Source: Octopus bimaculoides (Eukaryota). From it: a DNA stretch of 64,000 bases. Shown here piece after piece: positions 50,455-64,000 of this stretch. The position numbers and the translations under genes were made by a program. Position 1 is the stretch's first letter, and every line of letters starts with the position of its first letter. The stretch spans positions 14,366,735-14,430,734 of the forward strand of contig NC_068997.1 in NCBI RefSeq assembly GCF_001194135.2. The letters are read 5' to 3'. Below the pieces are notes generated by a model, which had not been told where the DNA came from, did no database searches, and saw only the letters and a list, made by a program, of their open reading frames with translations.

Positions 50455-50971
50455 GTATATATAAATACATATATACTCATATGAATATATATGCATTATA
50501 GATATATTACATATACATTTATATGATATATGCTCATATATAATAGATATAATATATATATATATATATATATATANNNNNNNNNNNNNNNNNNNNNNNN
50601 NNNNNNNNNNNNNNNNNNNNNNNNNNNNNNNNNNNNNNNNNNNNNNNNNNNNNNNNNNNNNNNNNNNNNNNNNNNNNNNNNNNNNNNNNNNNNNNNNNNN
50701 NNNNNNNNNNNNNNNATAGACACACACATACACAAGAGAAACTTGCACATATCATTTGTCTCTTATTCTAACGCAGTATAATAGAATATTTTAAAAAGTT
50801 CCTGTTCTATAGAAAATTATTTAATCATAGTTTGATGAGTAATAACTTCTTAGAATTCTTCAAAGGAAATTAGTAGGTAAAATATTATAGGCAAATTCTT
50901 AAAAAATAATAGAAGAATTACTTCTGGAAATGAAGAGACACAGAATGTTTTAAGTTCGTTATTGCAATCGT

Positions 50972-51020
<49 letters not shown>

Positions 51021-51155
51021 GATGCGGTTGGGAAGTGGTTGAGTGGTAGCGGTATGAGGGTTTTGTTGCCTGTTGGTGTTATTGTTATTGTGTATAAAAG
51101 TATTGTATATGATGCTTTGTACCATATTAATTCAGTTATTAATTTGTTTTTAATG

Positions 51156-51230
<75 letters not shown>

Positions 51231-51639
51231 TTTGTATGCCTATATCATTCTGTCTAATTTGTTTGAATACGTCTATGTGTTTAAGATACTGTTACATCTA
51301 AACTCACATATACTGATTTACATACATGCTTAGTTATGCACGCATACATATATATATACCTATACACACATACATCATAGTCATATACACGCTTGCTCTC
51401 ACATATGCATATACAGAAATATACATACATACATACATATGTGTGTGTGTGTGTGTCTATGTGTATTATTCAGACACATCACTTTATGTATATTTGTATA
51501 TATGTATATGGTATTTATATAAAATACTTATATATTTATACAGTCACATACATTTATATACATTAGCACACATGTAACTAGAAAGACGGATAGATAGTTA
51601 GACATATTGACACACAGATAGACTGACATATAATGACAG

Positions 51640-51698
51640 ATTGAGAGATAGATAGATGGATGGATGGATGGATGGATGGATAGATAGATAGATACATG

Positions 51699-51738
<40 letters not shown>

Positions 51739-51767
51739 CATGGATAGATAGATTGATAGATAGATAA

Positions 51768-51819
<52 letters not shown>

Positions 51820-51835
51820 ACAGATAGACTGATAA
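51640..51835. repeat. (GATA)n/(GGAT)n tetranucleotide field
   Basis: Direct reading. Confidence 0.95.
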
Positions 51836-52415
51836 ATAGATAATTAGGCATAAAGACAGAGAAACAGACAGGTAGAAAAATAAAAAGAAAGAGAAATAAA
51901 GATAGAGAGAAAGAGGGAGAGAAAGTGCGAGAAAGAAAAGAGAGAGGGAAGTTTTAAACAAAAGACAGATGAATTTAGCTAATATTTTTTTTAATTAAAA
52001 AATAAAAATGAAATATAAAAAGAAAAAATGAATTGCAGTTTGTGTGTGAGGTGAGAAAGGAATGAGAAAAAAGTAGACAGGAAATAAATGAAATATAAAA
52101 ATGAAGACAAAAAAAAAATGAAGAAAAAAAACAAAAGAAAACACAATAACCCCATAAAAAAAAAACAGTATAAACTAAAAATAAATAAATAAATAAAATA
52201 AAACATAGGAATTATTAAAAATAAAGATGAATATGTAAAAATTTGTGGAAAGAAAAGCTTCGATGAGAACACCTGTAGATATTTTTAGAAAGTCGTTAGA
52301 GGAATGTAATTAACTATAAACAATATATATTCATTTGCCAACATCCGTTTTTGTTACCATTTTTCCCCTGAGGTGATATTGTCCTTTCTCCCTCAGAATA
52401 TAATTATAAATATTT

Positions 52416-52467
<52 letters not shown>

Positions 52468-52729
52468 AGGTAATCTTAGTTGTTGTGGTTAGTATCATTA
52501 TAGTTATTAATATTGTCAATGTTATTAACTTTGATCTCAAAGTAACTAATATTAATGTTGGTGTTATTACCGTTGTAGTTGTTTTATTCACCATTAGTGT
52601 TGTTGTTGTTTTGTATAATTAATGCTGTTACTGTTACTGCTATTTCTATAGCAACTTGTTATTTTTTTCTTCTTTAATTATTTCTCTTAGTTTTTATTGT
52701 TTACTGTCATCATCACCATCGTCACCACC

Positions 52730-52763
<34 letters not shown>

Positions 52764-52772
52764 TCATCATCA

Positions 52773-52875
52773 TTATCGACCTTGAGAGGATGAAAGGCAA
52801 AGTCGACATCGGTGGAATTTGAACTCAGAACGTAACTGCAGACGAAATATCGTTTCTGCCAGCTCGCCACCTTAA
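52773..52875 (-). mobile_element. Family A SINE 5' part with short internal deletion
   Basis: GGATGAAAGGCAAAGTCGACATCGGTGGAATTTGAACTCAGAACG..TTTCTGCCAGCTCGCCACCTTAA. Confidence 0.85.
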
Positions 52876-53116
52876 CTCTGTAAAATGTTAGAGAAAGAAA
52901 CCGAGCTGATTCTTGCAATAAAAATACCAGTACATACATCTAAGGCAACATATTTTTCAGGGGCCCTTAAAATACTATTGTGGATCTCCAATTAACTATT
53001 TTGTTACATGGACCCTCAGAGGCCATGTGGGCCCTGATTGAGAAAACGATCATCATCATCTGCAACAACAAATAATGATACAGTCACCATTAACATTTTC
53101 TTGACATGACATTTAA

Positions 53117-53320
53117 CCATTTAGCATTTAAATAGGTATATTCGACCCGACCCAAAAATTCTACCTGTTTTATATTCAACTCAGCTACATCTGGCCTCTC
53201 AGACCTACCCTCAAATGTCATTCGAGAAATAAACAATAACGTCATTGAAATCTTGAAGCTATGAGATAAGGCATGATTAAATCAAAACAATGTGGATAAA
53301 TAAACATTGCATTCGACAGA
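53117..53320 (-). mobile_element. TTAA-type MITE (piggyBac-like), one end missing; inverted relative to 56925-57140
   Basis: TTAA|CCATTTAGCATTT start; body is the reverse complement of 56925-57140. Confidence 0.75.
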
Positions 53321-53414
53321 AACAAGCAGCACAAACAATATAAAGCCCCAACAAAATCTATAACCTCCATCTGTATAAACCCTTAGGACCCTATGCCACT
53401 GAAGGGCCCATTAT

Positions 53415-53550
53415 ATGATCACTGAACATGCTAAGATCAGCTTTCAAATCTCCCTTAAAATCACACCCTAGCATTTTAAGGAAAAGACAAGTTGGTCACT
53501 GATAGAATTCTTTTGATTTGGCATCTACTTGATCAGGTTTGACTTCAGCT
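53415..53550 (+). mobile_element. Family E repeat copy
   Basis: TGATCACTGAACATGCTAAGATCAGC..AAATCTCCCTTAAAATCACACCCTA..TTGATCAGG. Confidence 0.6.
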
Positions 53551-53660
53551 AAACACCATTTAGTACAACATTGCACAATGTGTCTTTTTTTTTTTTTTTT
53601 GAAATGGCATTCTTTGATTTGAAGGAGGTTTGATCACTATTTCTAGCAAACATAGGCATA

Positions 53661-53821
53661 GGAGTGGCTGTGTGGTAAGTAGCTTGCTTACCAACCACAT
53701 GGTTTCTTTCTGGTTCAGTCCCACTGCGTGGCACCTTGGGCAAGTGTCTTCTATTACAGCCTTGGGCCCACCAAAGCCGTGTGAGTGGATTTGGTAGACG
53801 GAAACTGAAAGAAAACCTTTG

Positions 53822-53852
<31 letters not shown>

Positions 53853-54043
53853 TTGTATGTCTGTGTTTGTCCTCTCAACATCACTTGACATTGCTGGTGT
53901 TTTTACGTCCCCGTAACTTAGCGGTTTGGCAAAAGAGACCGATAGAATGGGTACTAGGCTTACAAACAATAAGTCCGGGGTCGATTTGCTCGACTAAAGG
54001 TGGTGCTCCAGCATGGCCGCAGTCAAATGACTGAAACAAGTAA
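53661..54043 (+). mobile_element. Full-length family B SINE
   Basis: Complete head, core and 3' half. Confidence 0.92.
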
Positions 54044-54540
54044 TAAGAATATTTCTACTACTGTTTGTGGTGGTGGTGTGTTGGCATTACAACTATTATT
54101 GTTGTTGGTATTGTTATCATAGCGATGCTAATTTTACTGCAGTGTTTGAAGTTTTGTTGTCCTGGTGTTGCTATTGGTGCTTTTGGTTTGGTGTTGCTTT
54201 GGTTTTCTTTCCTTGTGGTGGCGTTGCTATTTATGGTGGTTGTGTTCATGGCGTTGCTAATGTTATTGCTAAGGTTGGGATAGTGATGATGTTGCTATCG
54301 TTGTTGTTGTTGCTAGTAGTGTGTTGCTATCCTTGTTGTTGGTGGTGTTGCTGTTATTATTCTTACCGTGATGCAATTTTCTTTTTTATTCTAGTGTTGC
54401 TATTTTTACAGCCATGTTATTCCTATGTTTGTTACAGTATTAATGTCACTATAGCTGTTGTTGTTGTTGTTAGTATTGCTAATGCTTCTATTGTTGCTCT
54501 GAAGAGTGGTGTTGCAATTTCTATGGTTGTTATTGCTGGG

Positions 54541-54618
54541 GTTGTTAATACCACTGTTGCTATTTTTGGTGTTGTTAATACCACTGTTGCTATTTTTGGT
54601 ATTGTTAATACCACTGTT
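54541..54618. repeat. 30-bp tandem repeat x2.6 inside a GTT/GCT-rich field (54060-54720)
   Basis: GTTGTTAATACCACTGTTGCTATTTTTGGT repeated exactly twice plus a partial copy. Confidence 0.92.
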
Positions 54619-55259
54619 TGTAGCTGCTGGTGGTGTTGTTGTAGTTGTTGGTGGCTTTGGCATTGCACTTGTTGTCATCGTCGCTAATGTTGCTGCTTTT
54701 CTTGTGAGTTGTGGTATTGGTAGAGCTGATAAATCTGTAATGAACATTAGATAGAAAAAAGAAGTTCTTGAATTAAATATCAGTTTGCTTTGTTGGTAGA
54801 GGTTGGAGCTGGTAGGAGATGTGCAAGTTGGTAGATCAGCTTGATGGTTAATGTGAGAGTGTGTGGGGAAGGGAATGGTGAGTGGTACTAGTTGATGGGG
54901 GGACACACAGACTAATTAGTGTTTTCTAATTAAGAGCTTGTTATTTTTCTGTTTGTGATTCTAAAATGAGAGAAACCATAATAGCCAGTTTGTTAAAGCT
55001 TAGTTCTTTCTCTCTCTATTTCTCTCGCTCTCTCTATCTGTCAATCAATCTGTCTGTCTCTCTCTTTCCAGGCCACACACACACCCACACACCCACGCAT
55101 AGACACATACAGACTTACCACACACACACACGCGCACATACAGTTGCATACATAAAAGAGTACAGATAGACATATACACAGTTTCTCTGTCAATGTTACT
55201 ATTACACATACACAAACATTTAGACATTGAATAGTTTGACAGAAACTTCTCTCCAAGTC

Positions 55260-55294
<35 letters not shown>

Positions 55295-56239
55295 NNNNNN
55301 NNNNNNNNNNNNNNNNNNNNNNNNNNNNNNNNNNNNNNNNNNNNNNNNNNNNNNNNNNNNNNNNNNNNNNNNNNNNNNNNNNNNNNNNNNNNNNNNNNNN
55401 NNNNNNNNNNNNNNNNNNNNNNNNNNNNNNNNNNNNNNNNNNNNNNNNNNNNNNNNNNNNNNNNNNNNNNNNNNNNNNNNNNNNNNNNNNNNNNNNNNNN
55501 NNNNNNNNNNNNNNNNNNNNNNNNNNNNNNNNNNNNNNNNNNNNNNNNNNNNNNNNNNNNNNNNNNNNNNNNNNNNNNNNNNNNNNNNNNNNNNNNNNNN
55601 NNNNNNNNNNNNNNNNNNNNNNNNNNNNNNNNNNNNNNNNNNNNNNNNNNNNNNNNNNNNNNNNNNNNNNNNNNNNNNNNNNNNNNNNNNNNNNNNNNNN
55701 NNNNNNNNNNNNNNNNNNNNNNNNNNNNNNNNNNNNNNNNNNNNNNNNNNNNNNNNNNNNNNNNNNNNNNNNNATATATATATATATATATATATATACA
55801 TACATACAAACATATATATGCATACATATGTTCATTTATACACATACAGACACACACAGACACACATTTATAGAATGTATGTATATGTTCAGACATACCC
55901 ATAGATCATCATCTTTTCTAGATGTGGGCATACAAACGTATAAATACATTATATCTATATATATGTATTCATGTGTGTTTGTGAGTGTGTGTGTTTGTGA
56001 GTGTGTGTGTGTGTGTATGTGTGTATACTGACTAACTTACATACACATGTTCATGTATATTTCAACATATTCCATTTTCTTCATATAGACTTACTAATGC
56101 GGCAAAAGCTACATCATAGAAGATAACAAGAAAACTACGTTAAAGTAATCACATGATCAGAAACTTCGCTATTGCGTTTCATGTTCTTCGTCGACGCTCT
56201 TCAAGCCTGATGTGACTCAGTCCCAGGATCTCTGGTTTA

Positions 56240-56610
56240 GGCATAAACAATGTCGGGCCTCACGGAAGCAATGACAAGTGACCAAGACCATTCACGATAT
56301 GCTGAGTTTGAGAAGATTCGTCAAGCCAAGTGAAACCATGGTCATGGCTGTTGGCAGTGTTGTGTAAATAGCACCCATGCCAGTGGCACTTAAAAAGCAC
56401 CCATGCCAGTGGCACTTAAAATGCACCCATGCCAGTGGCACTTAAAAAGCACCCATTGCACTCTTGGAGTGGTTAGTGTTAGGAAAGGGGATCTAGCCAT
56501 AGAAACCATGCCAAATCAGACTGGAACTTGGTGTAGCTCTCCAGCTTACCAGTTCCAGTCAAACCATCTAACTCATGCCAGGGTGGAAAGCAGACGTTAA
56601 AGGATGATGA
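56240..56610 (+). mobile_element. 5'-truncated RTE LINE: ORF C-terminus + 3'UTR + (GAT)n tail (family C parent)
   Basis: 56247-56333 reads TMSGLTEAMTSDQDHSRYAEFEKIRQAK*, like RTE C-termini (GLTEAMTSDRDLW...EKTRQAK*, recalled); followed by the family C 3'UTR and a GAT tail that expands to 56836. Confidence 0.8.
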
Positions 56611-56924
56611 TGATGATGATGACGACGACGACGATGACGTCGACGATGACGATGACGATGTCAACGATGATGATGACGATGACGACGACAACGATGACGA
56701 CGACAACGATGACAACGACAACGATGACAACGATGATGACAACGATGAAGGCGACAATGATGACGACGACAATGATAATGATGATGATGATGACGATGAT
56801 GATGATGACAACGACGACGATGATGATGATGATGATCTTGTGAACATAATGGTACATACTCATTGTAAAGATGCTCAGGCAAAAAGAGATTAAGATTAAT
56901 CTTACTGTTCACCACACAGATTAA

Positions 56925-57140
56925 CCCTTGAACATTCAGATTTCTCTGTGAAATGTATTACTCATTTATTCACGTTGATGAGACTTAAGCACGCATTACG
57001 TAGTAGCTTTGATATTTCAATGACGTGATTGTTAATTTTTAGAATAATATTGTAGGGCAAATGTAAGAAGCCAGATCTGGCTAGTTTGAAGATAAAACAG
57101 ATTATTTTCGCAGGATATGGCCAGTTTAGAATCTAAAGGG
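56925..57140 (+). mobile_element. TTAA-type MITE (piggyBac-like)
   Basis: TTAA|CCCTTGAACATTC ... GAATCTAAAGGG end; right TTAA not retained. Confidence 0.75.
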
Positions 57141-57364
57141 CTGGTTCTTGGTTACAATTTCATGGCTTCAAACAGACAAAACTGTGTATTTGATTAAGGA
57201 GTTTTATTGTGTAACCGAATACTTGCATGTTCAGTCCCATACAGTGGCATCTTGGGCAAGAACTATAACCTCAGGTTGAACCATGCCCTCTGTATAAAAC
57301 TGATAGAAACTGTACAGAAGCGTGTTGTATACATGTGTGCATGATGTCTTCTATGTCTCTCTTA

Positions 57365-58000
57365 ATTGAGAGATCACTTTGAATAAGTGGTGTTCTGTAT
57401 TTAGAGGTATAGCAAGATTCAAAATCAAATCAACAAATTGACAAGTTAAAATCACAGTATAGGAACAGCTTCTCCATGTGATCATCCAAGTTATGGACCA
57501 ATCAGCATTGAGAGATAATATGATGCATCTTTCTAGAAGCTACTTGAATGTTCCTTTACTAAGCTTATAAATAGTCACATTTGAACACCAAACTTCAGCT
57601 TCGTAGTCACCTGCAACTAAGCTAACCACATTTTCATTTTGCTGCCTTTAACAATCATTGTGATGATTCTTACTTATCGCAGAAAGCCACAACAGTTTAC
57701 TGACATGAACCTCAGTGATTATAGTTCCTCCTGTTTTGACAACTTAATTACAGATGCTTTTTAATCAACTATTCATAAGAGCCACAGAAATTGTCCTTTC
57801 CAGTGTGTAAACTTTGTTGTCACATTTTTTATTCATGACCAACATGGAAAATAGTTGTGCAGTGACATAAAATTCTGTTAATTCTTCACAAGTGTTGTGC
57901 ATCTGTTATACGCAGTCAGAACCCAGCTCACATACCATCGTCTCATATCCTTCATTCAATGTCTATCATGACAACAGTTCACTACAGTTAACAGTTCATG
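57365..58000 (-). mobile_element. Highly decayed mariner transposase fossil
   Basis: RC frames give MRRWYVSWVL (ARWVP-like), TCEEL and KTGGTIITEVHVSKLLWLSAISKN (GxTINxEYY..L..L..AI..K-like); many stops. Confidence 0.4.
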
Positions 58001-58156
58001 ACAGAGGTTTGACAAACAGGGATTGATATAAGTACCAATATCAGAAAATAAGTATAGGGATGAGTGCACAAAATGGTCAGCTAAAACCTTTCAAGCAGTG
58101 CCCCAGAATGGTTACAGTCTATTGTCAGAAGAAAGCAAATACAGAACAATATTTAA

Positions 58157-58377
58157 CCCTTTTGTTACCAACCCGGCTGAAACCATCTCTGGCTCTATAG
58201 TACAAATGTCTTGTTTTCATAAGTTCTGAATTAAAATCTTCCACAAAACCTCTGTCACAATTTATGTTCCTAGCACTAGCTTAATGATAACGAAGTTATT
58301 CTACTAAATTCTTTGTTATATTTAAAGTAACTGAAAAAAACACAGAGCATCTCAAAATAAACACAGTAATAAAAGGG
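58157..58377. mobile_element. Intact piggyBac-like MITE, 221 bp
   Basis: TTAA TSDs at 58153-58156 and 58378-58381; TIRs CCCTTTTGTTAC / GTAATAAAAGGG (11/12 match). Confidence 0.9.
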
Positions 58378-59130
58378 TTAAAGAGCAAAACTCATTCTCT
58401 AGAAAAGCCGCCAGCCTTTATCAAGTTGCATTCCCAAAGTCAGTCAGATAATTCTTCACGACGATGGATAATTCTTGAAGACAATAAACAGAATTAATTA
58501 TTAATTAATGGCAGTCTTCTGAGTTCAAGAAAGACACTCCTGCAATTTCTTGCTGAGCAGCCTGCCCAGATGATATGTCTATAGTGATTAAACATTTGTG
58601 CTGTACATTAGCACATTTCCTGCCCAACCAATACCATTACATCAAACTAACATTGTCTGTGCAAGTGCATGGTGTGCCACATGTCTTTTGTGTTCTTGAG
58701 CAAAGAATTTCATCTAATGTTGCTCTGCAATCACTTCAACATGTGACAATTTGGTCCCATAATCGAACTCATGAGATCATGACCATGAGAGCAACACCCT
58801 AACAACTAACCTAAGTGCCTTCTAGAATTAAGCACTTCTAGTACGGCTGCTATATTTACATCCCACCTTCCCATACATAGGCGTCTTTAAGGTCTTCTAA
58901 TTTTCTCTGTATAAACCATGTAACACCTGGAGCGGATTTAAACTCATTTGAACTCAAAACAAGAAAACGCCGTTAGTCCAATACCATATCCACTACACCA
59001 GTTCATTTCTACTTTGATGCTTACACGAGAGCACTGAGTGGAATAGACACTGCTAGGTTGGTTTGTGTTGATGAAGACTGCAGTAGTGTTTCATCCAAAA
59101 CAATAAGGTATAAGTCTTAGCACCAACAGA

Positions 59131-59200
<70 letters not shown>

Positions 59201-59908
59201 GTATATACTTACTTACATACATATATATCAGAATTTTTTTATATAGGATATCAGAGTCTTTAAAAACAGTACTTAATGAAAAAAATAACAACATTAGTCT
59301 TCATCTGATATTGTTATATTTTAGATATATTTTAGATAACCTAAAACATTAAAATCAATACAAATACTTTAATGACTGATTTTATTATTGTTGTTTGTTT
59401 AGTTTATTTTATTTGCTTTTCTTTGTGTNNNNNNNNNNNNNNNNNNNNNNNNNNNNNNNNNNNNNNNNNNNNNNNNNNNNNNNNNNNNNNNNNNNNNNNN
59501 NNNNNNNNNNNNNNNNNNNNNNNNNNNNNNNNNNNNNNNNNNNNNNNNNNNNNNNNNNNNNNNNNNNNNNNNNNNNNNNNNNNNNNNNNNNNNNNNNNNN
59601 NNNNNNNNNNNNNNNNNNNNNNNNNNNNNNNNNNNNNNNNNNNNNNNNNNNNNNNNNNNNNNNNNNNNNNNNNNNATATATATATATATATAAATATATA
59701 TATTTATATACATATGATTTAATATTTAATTCTTTTTCAGATACAATTTCGGTGCACATACAAACACATTTTCACTCATGCTTTTGGTGTGTTTATGTGC
59801 ATTTTCTATGTGTTTGTTATCCATTTCCTACTATTACATTTGGGACTCATAACAAGGACAAAACGATGTTGGTAGAGAATACGGCAAATGCGTATATATA
59901 AAGGTATG

Positions 59909-59944
<36 letters not shown>

Positions 59945-60164
59945 AATGCATGACCAAACATTGATTTGTTTGTGTACATCTATATTTGTATTTAGATAAT
60001 TAAATATGTGCAGATATACATTTGTCTTTAACAGGCACTTTTAATTTTTAATAAATGTATTTTTCTGTGTTTCTCCACATACAGATAGATTGATTGACTG
60101 ATAGATAGATAGACCAACTGACTGACAGCAGACAGATAAACCAACTGACTGACTGAAGGACCAA

Positions 60165-60392
60165 CCAACAGACTAACCAATAACAGATAAACAAATTGAC
60201 CAGCGATAGACCCATAGTCAGACATAGGAACTGATAGACTGGCAGATGACCAGACAGACAGATTGACCAACTGACTGACAGACAAATAGACCAACAACAG
60301 ACAAACAAATAGACCAGCAATAGACAGATAGTCAGACATACGAACTAATAGACTGGCAGATGACCAGACAGACAGATTGACCAACTGACTGA
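60165..60392. repeat. 114-bp tandem duplication within a GACA/GACT-rich field
   Basis: GGCAGATGACCAGACAGACAGATTGACCAACTGACTGAC at 60241 and 60355. Confidence 0.85.
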
Positions 60393-60418
60393 CCAAGCAA
60401 CAGACAGACATACCAATG

Positions 60419-60481
<63 letters not shown>

Positions 60482-61633
60482 CCAAAAATGAGTATATATA
60501 ATTCATGGACATTTGTATTTATATTTAAATATCTANNNNNNNNNNNNNNNNNNNNNNNNNNNNNNNNNNNNNNNNNNNNNNNNNNNNNNNNNNNNNNNNN
60601 NNNNNNNNNNNNNNNNNNNNNNNNNNNNNNNNNNNNNNNNNNNNNNNNNNNNNNNNNNNNNNNNNNNNNNNNNNNNNNNNNNNNNNNNNNNNNNNNNNNN
60701 NNNNNNNNNNNNNNNNNNNNNNNNNNNNNNNNNNNNNNNNNNNNNNNNNNNNNNNNNNNNNNNNNNNNNNNNNNNNNNNNNNNNNNNNNNNNNNNNNNNN
60801 NNNNNNNNNNNNNNNNNNNNNNNNNNNNNNNNNNNNNNNNNNNNNNNNNNNNNNNNNNNNNNNNNNNNNNNNNNNNNNNNNNNNNNNNNNNNNNNNNNNN
60901 NNNNNNNNNNNNNNNNNNNNNNNNNNNNNNNNNNNNNNNNNNNNNNNNNNNNNNNNNNNNNNNNNNNNNNNNNNNNNNNNNNNNNNNNNNNNNNNNNNNN
61001 NNNNNNNNNNNNNNNNNNNNNNNNNNNNNNNNNNNNNNNNNNNNNNNNNNNNNNNNNNNNNNNNNNNNNNNNNNNNNNNNNNNNNNNNNNNNNNNNNNNN
61101 NNNNNNNNNNNNNNNNNNNNNNNNNNNNNNNNNNNNNNNNNNNNNNNNNNNNNNNNNNNNNNNNNNNNNNNNNNNNNNNNNNNNNNNNNNNNNNNNNNNN
61201 NNNNNNNNNNNNNNNNNNNNNNNNNNNNNNNNNNNNNNNNNNNNNNNNNNNNNNNNNNNNNNNNNNNNNNNNNNNNNNNNNNNNNNNNNNNNNNNNNNNN
61301 NNNNNNNNNNNNNNNNNNNNNNNNNNNNNNNNNNNNNNNNNNNNNNNNNNNNNNNNNNNNNNNNNNNNNNNNNNNNNNNNNNNNNNNNATATATGTATGT
61401 ATGTATGTATATTATATGAGTTAAGTACCTTGCTTAAATAGGCTCAAAATTCCCATCTGAGCTCAACACAATATTTGTCTGTATTTGTTAAGGAAAAACT
61501 TAATTCTTAATGGATTAAAAAATAGTGAAGTAGAAGAACAAAATAAAAGATCAATAATGGAATTATATATATGTGTGTGTTTGTATGTGTGTGTGTTTGT
61601 GTATGTATGTATGCATGTATGTANNNNNNNNNN

Positions 61634-61676
<43 letters not shown>

Positions 61677-62066
61677 CCAAAAATGAGTATATATAATTCA
61701 TGGACATTTGTATTTATATTTAAATATCTAAACATATATACTAATAGACATCATACAAAAAATGTACACATACTTGTATATATGTTTAGGAATACAGATG
61801 TTGGCATTTATGCATTTTTGTTCAATGTAATATGTAAATATTTTTATGAGTATTAAAATGTATGTATTTCTGTGTATGCTATGATTATATTCTTTTTGGA
61901 GATTGTATGCAAGTGTCTCCATGAATGTAGATGTATGAATGAAGTCAAAGAGAAATTGTACAAGTTAATATCAATAATACATAGAATATCATATATGTGA
62001 TAACAAACATACATTATTGATTTGTATTGTTTCAATATATACACTGCATAAACGTATGTCTATGGT

Positions 62067-62097
<31 letters not shown>

Positions 62098-63213
62098 GTA
62101 ATACATTTGACAATGGTTGTTGCAAGTGTGTGAATGACAGAAACAGTGTATGACAAATATAGTGCACATAAACAAATATAGTGTACACTAAACCTCTGTG
62201 ACTATGCCAACTGTGTATATGTATACATACATATGGGCGTGTTAGTGTGTGTGTATGTAGAGTGCAAATGCATATACATGCATATATACATATATATATA
62301 TACATGCACATATACATACACACATACATACAAATATATATATATATATATATATATANNNNNNNNNNNNNNNNNNNNNNNNNNNNNNNNNNNNNNNNNN
62401 NNNNNNNNNNNNNNNNNNNNNNNNNNNNNNNNNNNNNNNNNNNNNNNNNNNNNNNNNNNNNNNNNNNNNNNNNNNNNNNNNNNNNNNNNNNNNNNNNNNN
62501 NNNNNNNNNNNNNNNNNNNNNNNNNNNNNNNNNNNNNNNNNNNNNNNNNNNNNNNNNNNNNNNNNNNNNNNNNNNNNNNNNNNNNNNNNNNNNNNNNNNN
62601 NNNNNNNNNNNNNNNNNNNNNNNNNNNNNNNNNNNNNNNNNNNNNNNNNNNNNNNNNNNNNNNNNNNNNNNNNNNNNNNNNNNNNNNNNNNNNNNNNNNN
62701 NNNNNNNNNNNNNNNNNNNNNNNNNNNNNNNNNNNNNNNNNNNNNNNNNNNNNNNNNNNNNNNNNNNNNNNNNNNNNNNNNNNNNNNNNNNNNNNNNNNN
62801 NNNNNNNNNNNNNNNNNNNNNNNNNNNNNNNNNNNNNNNNNNNNNNNNNNNNNNNNNNNNNNNNNNNNNNNNNNNNNNNNNNNNNNNNNNNNNNNNNNNN
62901 NNNNNNNNNNNNNNNNNNNNNNNNNNNNNNNNNNNNNNNNNNNNNNNNNNNNNNNNNNNNNNNNNNNNNNNNNNNNNNNNNNNNNNNNNNNNNNNNNNNN
63001 NNNNNNNNNNNNNNNNNNNNNNNNNNNNNNNNNNNNNNNNNNNNNNNNNNNNNNNNNNNNNTATATACATATATATATATATACACATACACATGCACTA
63101 GTATATATATATAGAGAGAGATAGATAGATAGATACAAACGCATTTTTAATTTCTTACTAGTAGATACAGGCTTACAAATATATACATTTACATCAGCAA
63201 ATTCACACACTCA

Positions 63214-63257
<44 letters not shown>

Positions 63258-64000
63258 CATACCATATGTACATATATATATATAAGTACATACCAAGCAC
63301 ACACAAACTTTCTTTCAAAGTGAATTATAAACAAATTGGATTTTTCTTTTGAATAATTGTCCTCCACTTCCTCCTACTCCTCTACAACATCATCTCACCT
63401 CCTACTCATCACCCTCTCCCAACTTTCTCCTATGGAGTTGCCTCCTCCTGCTATCCCCCCCAAATTCACCATCTCTGTGTTGTGTGCATTGTATTGCTTT
63501 ACAGTCCGTTGAAGACAGATTCAAACAATTATTCTGCAGGCAGATTCTCATATCATAATATCATATATATATATATATATATACATAGACACACATATAC
63601 ATATATATGCATGTATGTATATTATTCCGTTACTATGGTTCAGAAGCTTTTTTTTTTTTCTCCCTCTGTCTTACTGTTTTTGGAATTTTTCTCTTTTTTG
63701 GTCATTTCTTTTCATAGCAATTTTTTATTTTTTGAGGTGGGTGGATGGGGGACCATTTTTTCCTTCATCCTTATGACCCTTCCTCTGCCTCTTACCCTCT
63801 CCAAAACCATCTCACAATCGTCCCCACTTTAGAGTTCTTTGGTACATTTCTACTACAGACATCTATGAGGGCAACCATTTCTCAATACGCACAACATAAA
63901 CCCACAACCAACCACTGTCATCATTTATTTCACTTAGAACATCAGAATAATTCACTTTATTTTGTTTTCATTTTATCCATCTTTTTTCTTTTATTTATCT

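Noticed and set aside
60481-61730. 55-bp exact duplicate (60481-60535 and 61676-61730) after (GATA)n
   Set aside because: Both copies are next to gaps; most likely an assembly or haplotype duplication
8127-63210. Long ORFs containing X runs (200-340 aa)
   Set aside because: Their length comes from N assembly gaps
435-63832. Most ORFs in the supplied track (poly-D, -I, -M, -S, -[17 protein letters not shown])
   Set aside because: They are translations of micro- and minisatellites, open in several frames and both strands, with no codon or domain signal

Overview
AT-rich, microsatellite-dense eukaryotic draft-assembly sequence with many N-gaps. The repeat families and microsatellite load look like an octopus genome; this is inferred from recalled repeat consensuses, not from a search. 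No intact host gene, rRNA, tRNA gene or CRISPR array can be supported. Nearly all ORFs in the track are translations of simple repeats or of N-gaps. The window is intronic/intergenic. It contains: (i) many tRNA-derived SINE-like copies (working names A, B, D/D') and a short repeat family E of unknown class; (ii) 3' ends of an RTE-type LINE (family C) and a related short family C2; (iii) fossil coding fragments of a Penelope-like GIY-YIG endonuclease, RTE reverse transcriptase and two Tc1/mariner transposases; (iv) TTAA-flanked piggyBac-like MITEs and a hAT-like MITE with an 8-bp TSD; (v) several minisatellites, some with dimeric higher-order structure, many amplified from pieces of mobile elements. 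Best leads: closely spaced inverted retroelement pairs (possible ADAR substrates), retroelement-born tandem arrays, modular SINE head/tail swapping, hammerhead-like motifs with Penelope remnants, an interstitial (TTAGGG)5 next to a LINE-like 3' end, and a unique CpG-rich island at 16.3-16.6 kb that may head a weakly supported minus-strand spliced transcript.
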